Origin: Candidatus Binatia bacterium
Lineage (GTDB): Bacteria; Desulfobacterota; Binatia; UBA9968; CAXXLF01
Reading direction: 5' to 3'
DNA length: 64,000 bases
NCBI GenBank assembly: GCA_963664015.2
Contig: CAXXLF010000002.1
Location: 544,001-608,000 of the forward strand
Each line of letters opens with the position of its first letter. Positions within the stretch are counted from its first letter, which is position 1. The translations under genes were made by a program, and so were the position numbers. Under the pieces are notes generated by a model. It was not told where the DNA came from. It worked only from the letters and a program-made list of their open reading frames with translations, and ran no database searches. Shown here piece after piece: positions 61,176 to 64,000 of this stretch.

Positions 61176-61958
61176 TCAGGCAACAGGTATTCCTGACACT
61201 TTCGTTCTTTGATACTCGGTCAGCTTTTTAACGATCAGTATCGCCAAGAACGCCAACGGCAACTCCACCATATCCTTCGCCAGTGAAAGCCAGGCGCTGG
61301 TGAGAAGCTCTTCCGCCTCCTTTGCCCGTACCGAAACCCGCAGCGACGCCTGTCCCAACCCGGTCGCAACCAGCCAACACAGCCACCATAGCGGCAAAAG
61401 GGCCGGGCGCGGAGCATCCTCCCAACGGCCAGAATAATCCGGATCACTGGCCTTGAACAATTCCTTCATGGCCGCATAGGGCTTCCAAAAGTGAAATACG
61501 GGCACAAAGAACCAACCCACCGACCATCCCGGGGCAAATTCCATACCTTCCGCCCCTAGGGCATGGGCATTTCGATTGGAGAGGAAGACCCACCTGAGAA
61601 ACAGCACCGATGTAACCAGATAATTTACAATGAATATAATCCTAACCACACTCTGCCGAGCGTGGTCTTCAGTCGCCTCCTGCTCCGTAAAAACGAGGCC
61701 GCTTTGCATGCGCTTGAGCAAATCGATTTCCAGCGAGTCCGACCACAGGCAAACGAGCGCCAAAACCAGGTGGACGGAAAGAAAGGTAATCACCCAGGAC
61801 GAGAGATTGTCCGTCGATTGAACCCCATAAGTGCCGGACCCCACGGACACACCTGCCTGCCCCGACAGCAGGTCGAAGCCACACTTGCAAATGACCGCGG
61901 TCGCAGCGTTCAACAAACCGCACTTCGGGCATCGCTTTGACAAATCGGATGGCTGCAT
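61176..61958 (-). CDS. DUF4328-like membrane protein with N-terminal zinc ribbon
   Basis: CPKC...CKCG; W...NRNA...PGWSVGWFFVPV...KPY..MKEL; WW..W. Confidence 0.8.
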   Translation of the reverse strand: MQPSDLSKRCPKCGLLNAATAVICKCGFDLLSGQAGVSVGSGTYGVQSTDNLSSWVITFLSVHLVLALVCLWSDSLEIDLLKRMQSGLVFTEQEATEDHARQSVVRIIFIVNYLVTSVLFLRWVFLSNRNAHALGAEGMEFAPGWSVGWFFVPVFHFWKPYAAMKELFKASDPDYSGRWEDAPRPALLPLWWLCWLVATGLGQASLRVSVRAKEAEELLTSAWLSLAKDMVELPLAFLAILIVKKLTEYQRTKVSGIPVA

Positions 61959-62185
61959 TGTTACCTCGCCGGGATAGAACGCGTACAAGCCTCTTACACA
62001 CTGAGTAATACAAACAAACCACGACTACAATCTTAACCAAAATATGCCCGTACAACTGATCCCCAGCACCTCCTTTGACCTTCAACATATTGTGAAGGCC
62101 TGTCGGGAGACACTTGGTCAGAGAAAGACCCCAAGTTTCCGAATGCCCCTACTATTAAGACATTCAGGTTTGGTCACAGTCACGA

Positions 62186-62599
62186 TTACGGAAGAAACCA
62201 CTCCTTTTCCGACTTGGTGGGACTACGACAAGCGTCTCTTTGCCCGAACCACCGATATCGGTTTCTGGCTATGACCCGATAGGCTGGGGTTCGTATACAC
62301 CGGGGAATGAGCCGTGCCAGACCAAGAATCGTCCAGAGACCTCCGAGCCGTCTATAGATTTCCAGAGAGGCGTCAGACTGATCGTGAACGCCACGGTCAT
62401 CCACATAGATCATGGACCAATCGTTGCTCTCTTTGGATTGTGCGGGTAAAATCTCCTTTGCCGTCTCACCTTGAAGCGCTGCAAAACGAAACACCCCTTT
62501 GATATCGGCCCTTATGATTATGTCAACGAACCCATTGCACATCCCACACACACCATCAAAGAAAATGATCGGATGTTCGCGCAAGGAATCTTTATGCAT
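62186..62599 (-). CDS. DCC1/DUF393 thiol-disulfide oxidoreductase family
   Basis: FDGVCGMC, FAALQ and YRVIARNRYRWFG motifs. Confidence 0.92.
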   Translation of the reverse strand: MHKDSLREHPIIFFDGVCGMCNGFVDIIIRADIKGVFRFAALQGETAKEILPAQSKESNDWSMIYVDDRGVHDQSDASLEIYRRLGGLWTILGLARLIPRCIRTPAYRVIARNRYRWFGQRDACRSPTKSEKEWFLP

Positions 62600-62623
62600 T
62601 ATCCGATTGTTTCCTTTAATTTT

Positions 62624-63277
62624 CTACGCGGCGCCATTTACTAACGCATCGTTAACGTCAGGTCTCATGTCAAACCGAAGAATCAGAAGCCAGATAGCAA
62701 AGGATTGGGCGGCGCCGATTACGACGAGGCCGGCTAAATGCACAACATAAAAGTAAACATCCGATCGGATGCTGCCGCCAAGGAGCTGTATTCCAGTTTG
62801 TAGTATGACGCTTAGCTGGATTACGAGATAGAAAATGGGAATACCGAGAATGCCGCCGACGAATCCGGCGAGGGCAGCATGAAGTCGTCGTGAGCTTAAA
62901 GGATTGCTCATTCCCCAGATAAGCCCAGCGGACAACCCGATCAATCCAGTGCGAACAATCGGGAAGATCGGCCATGGCGGATTGAGCAGCAAGCCTATGG
63001 GAAGGGTGATAATGCCGATAACAACCCCTGCCAGCGCACCGGTCAAAACCAGCAGACGGGACTTCTCAACCACCCCCCGGGTCATTAAAATACATATGGC
63101 AAATAACGAATTGGAAATATTATCGAGAATCAATCCGGTGGTCATGTCAGGGGCATCGCCGAACAGATAATCATTGGCAAATATCCGTAGGTCGGCGATC
63201 AACCCGCCGGATGCACCTAACATGAGTGACCACAACAAAAATGGCCTTACCGTTGAATGATTAACCGATCGCGCCAC
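62624..63277 (-). CDS. Hypothetical Gly-rich multi-pass membrane protein
   Basis: About 6 hydrophobic segments; lower GC. Confidence 0.65.
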   Translation of the reverse strand: MARSVNHSTVRPFLLWSLMLGASGGLIADLRIFANDYLFGDAPDMTTGLILDNISNSLFAICILMTRGVVEKSRLLVLTGALAGVVIGIITLPIGLLLNPPWPIFPIVRTGLIGLSAGLIWGMSNPLSSRRLHAALAGFVGGILGIPIFYLVIQLSVILQTGIQLLGGSIRSDVYFYVVHLAGLVVIGAAQSFAIWLLILRFDMRPDVNDALVNGAA

Positions 63278-63312
63278 GGAGTCAGCCCCTTGCTACCGTC
63301 TTTCTAGTGGGA

Positions 63313-64000
63313 TCAGGACTTTCCCACTTCCAGGACCAGACCTTTGAGCTTTGCTAAAGCCATTTTATCGGAGCCGAGGATCTTCCTCAGCTTCCCTCCC
63401 CTGTCGGTCTTCTCCGCCGCGATCCGAAGCAGTACCTTGAAATCGCACTCCTTCTCTGCCCATCCTCTGACACCATAGAGAACCTCTAACAACCGGCGAC
63501 GAACCCCATAGGCCGGTTGATAGGCGCCGGTCATCGTTACAAATTTCTCGACCGCATCCGGCAGTTGGCCCCGGACCGATGCCCTCGCTGCAATTCGCGT
63601 CCGCATCTCGCTGGATGCTAGGTCTCTCATTTCTTGGGGAAATGAAAAGTAATGGACGTATTTCCCGTATGGACGGTTCTCTGCCTTACCGAGCAGCTGA
63701 TCCAATGCTTCTTCTCCCCAGGGGCCGCGGCCCGCAGCAACAATCTCCGTACTGGAGAAGAGGTCCTTAAGAGCCTTTTCCCTATCCTTAATAATAGCGG
63801 GGGGCAAAGATCTGGAGGACCTTATCCATACCGACAATGAATTGCATCTTGGCCTTCCCCCCTACCTGGGAACGAAACGCCTGGGCCTGCTCGAAGTAAA
63901 GGCCCTTGTTGACTACGGCAACGGACGCCCACTCCAATGGATCCGTCAACTCGGATAGGAGATGCAGGCGATCTTCCAAGACGAGTCCTTCGACTCTCTC
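63313..64000 (-). pseudogene. Nucleotidyltransferase (NMNAT/NadD-like fold), frameshifted; 5' end outside window
   Basis: FIVGMDKVLQIF.PRYY joins KDREKALKDLF...VAAGRG...ASSEMR if one T near 63790 is removed. Confidence 0.65.

Overview
Bacterial chromosomal window of moderately high GC. Gene content and style suggest a deltaproteobacterial/Binatia-like organism (inference). No rRNA, tRNA, CRISPR array or intact transposase was seen. 1-22 kb is an aromatic/heterocycle catabolic neighbourhood: four paralogous bicupins, three solute-binding proteins and one permease, two Rieske oxygenase alpha subunits, a LigJ-like amidohydrolase broken by two amber codons, an SDR, xanthine-dehydrogenase-family Mo subunits, a UbiD and a LigB-like dioxygenase. 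22-29.6 kb holds mixed accessory genes, several of them broken. 29.7-37.1 kb is an intact housekeeping block (rplU-rpmA-obgE-proB-proA-nadD-rsfS-gpmI). 37.1-41 kb is a decaying islet. It is followed by an orphan Mo-enzyme subunit with Gln at the catalytic Glu position and a deiodinase-like selenoprotein (in-frame UGA plus SECIS-like hairpin) that the ORF track splits in two. 44-59 kb is housekeeping (recJ, secF, secD, yajC, tgt, queA, SPFH/NfeD, UDG, coaBC, mlaA, DHS-like) and ends in a NarM-MobA fusion. Roughly 14 accessory genes carry stops, frameshifts or truncations while core genes are intact. Intergenic spacers inside core operons contain 7-nt-periodic arrays and REP/MITE-like palindromes, one nested inside another.
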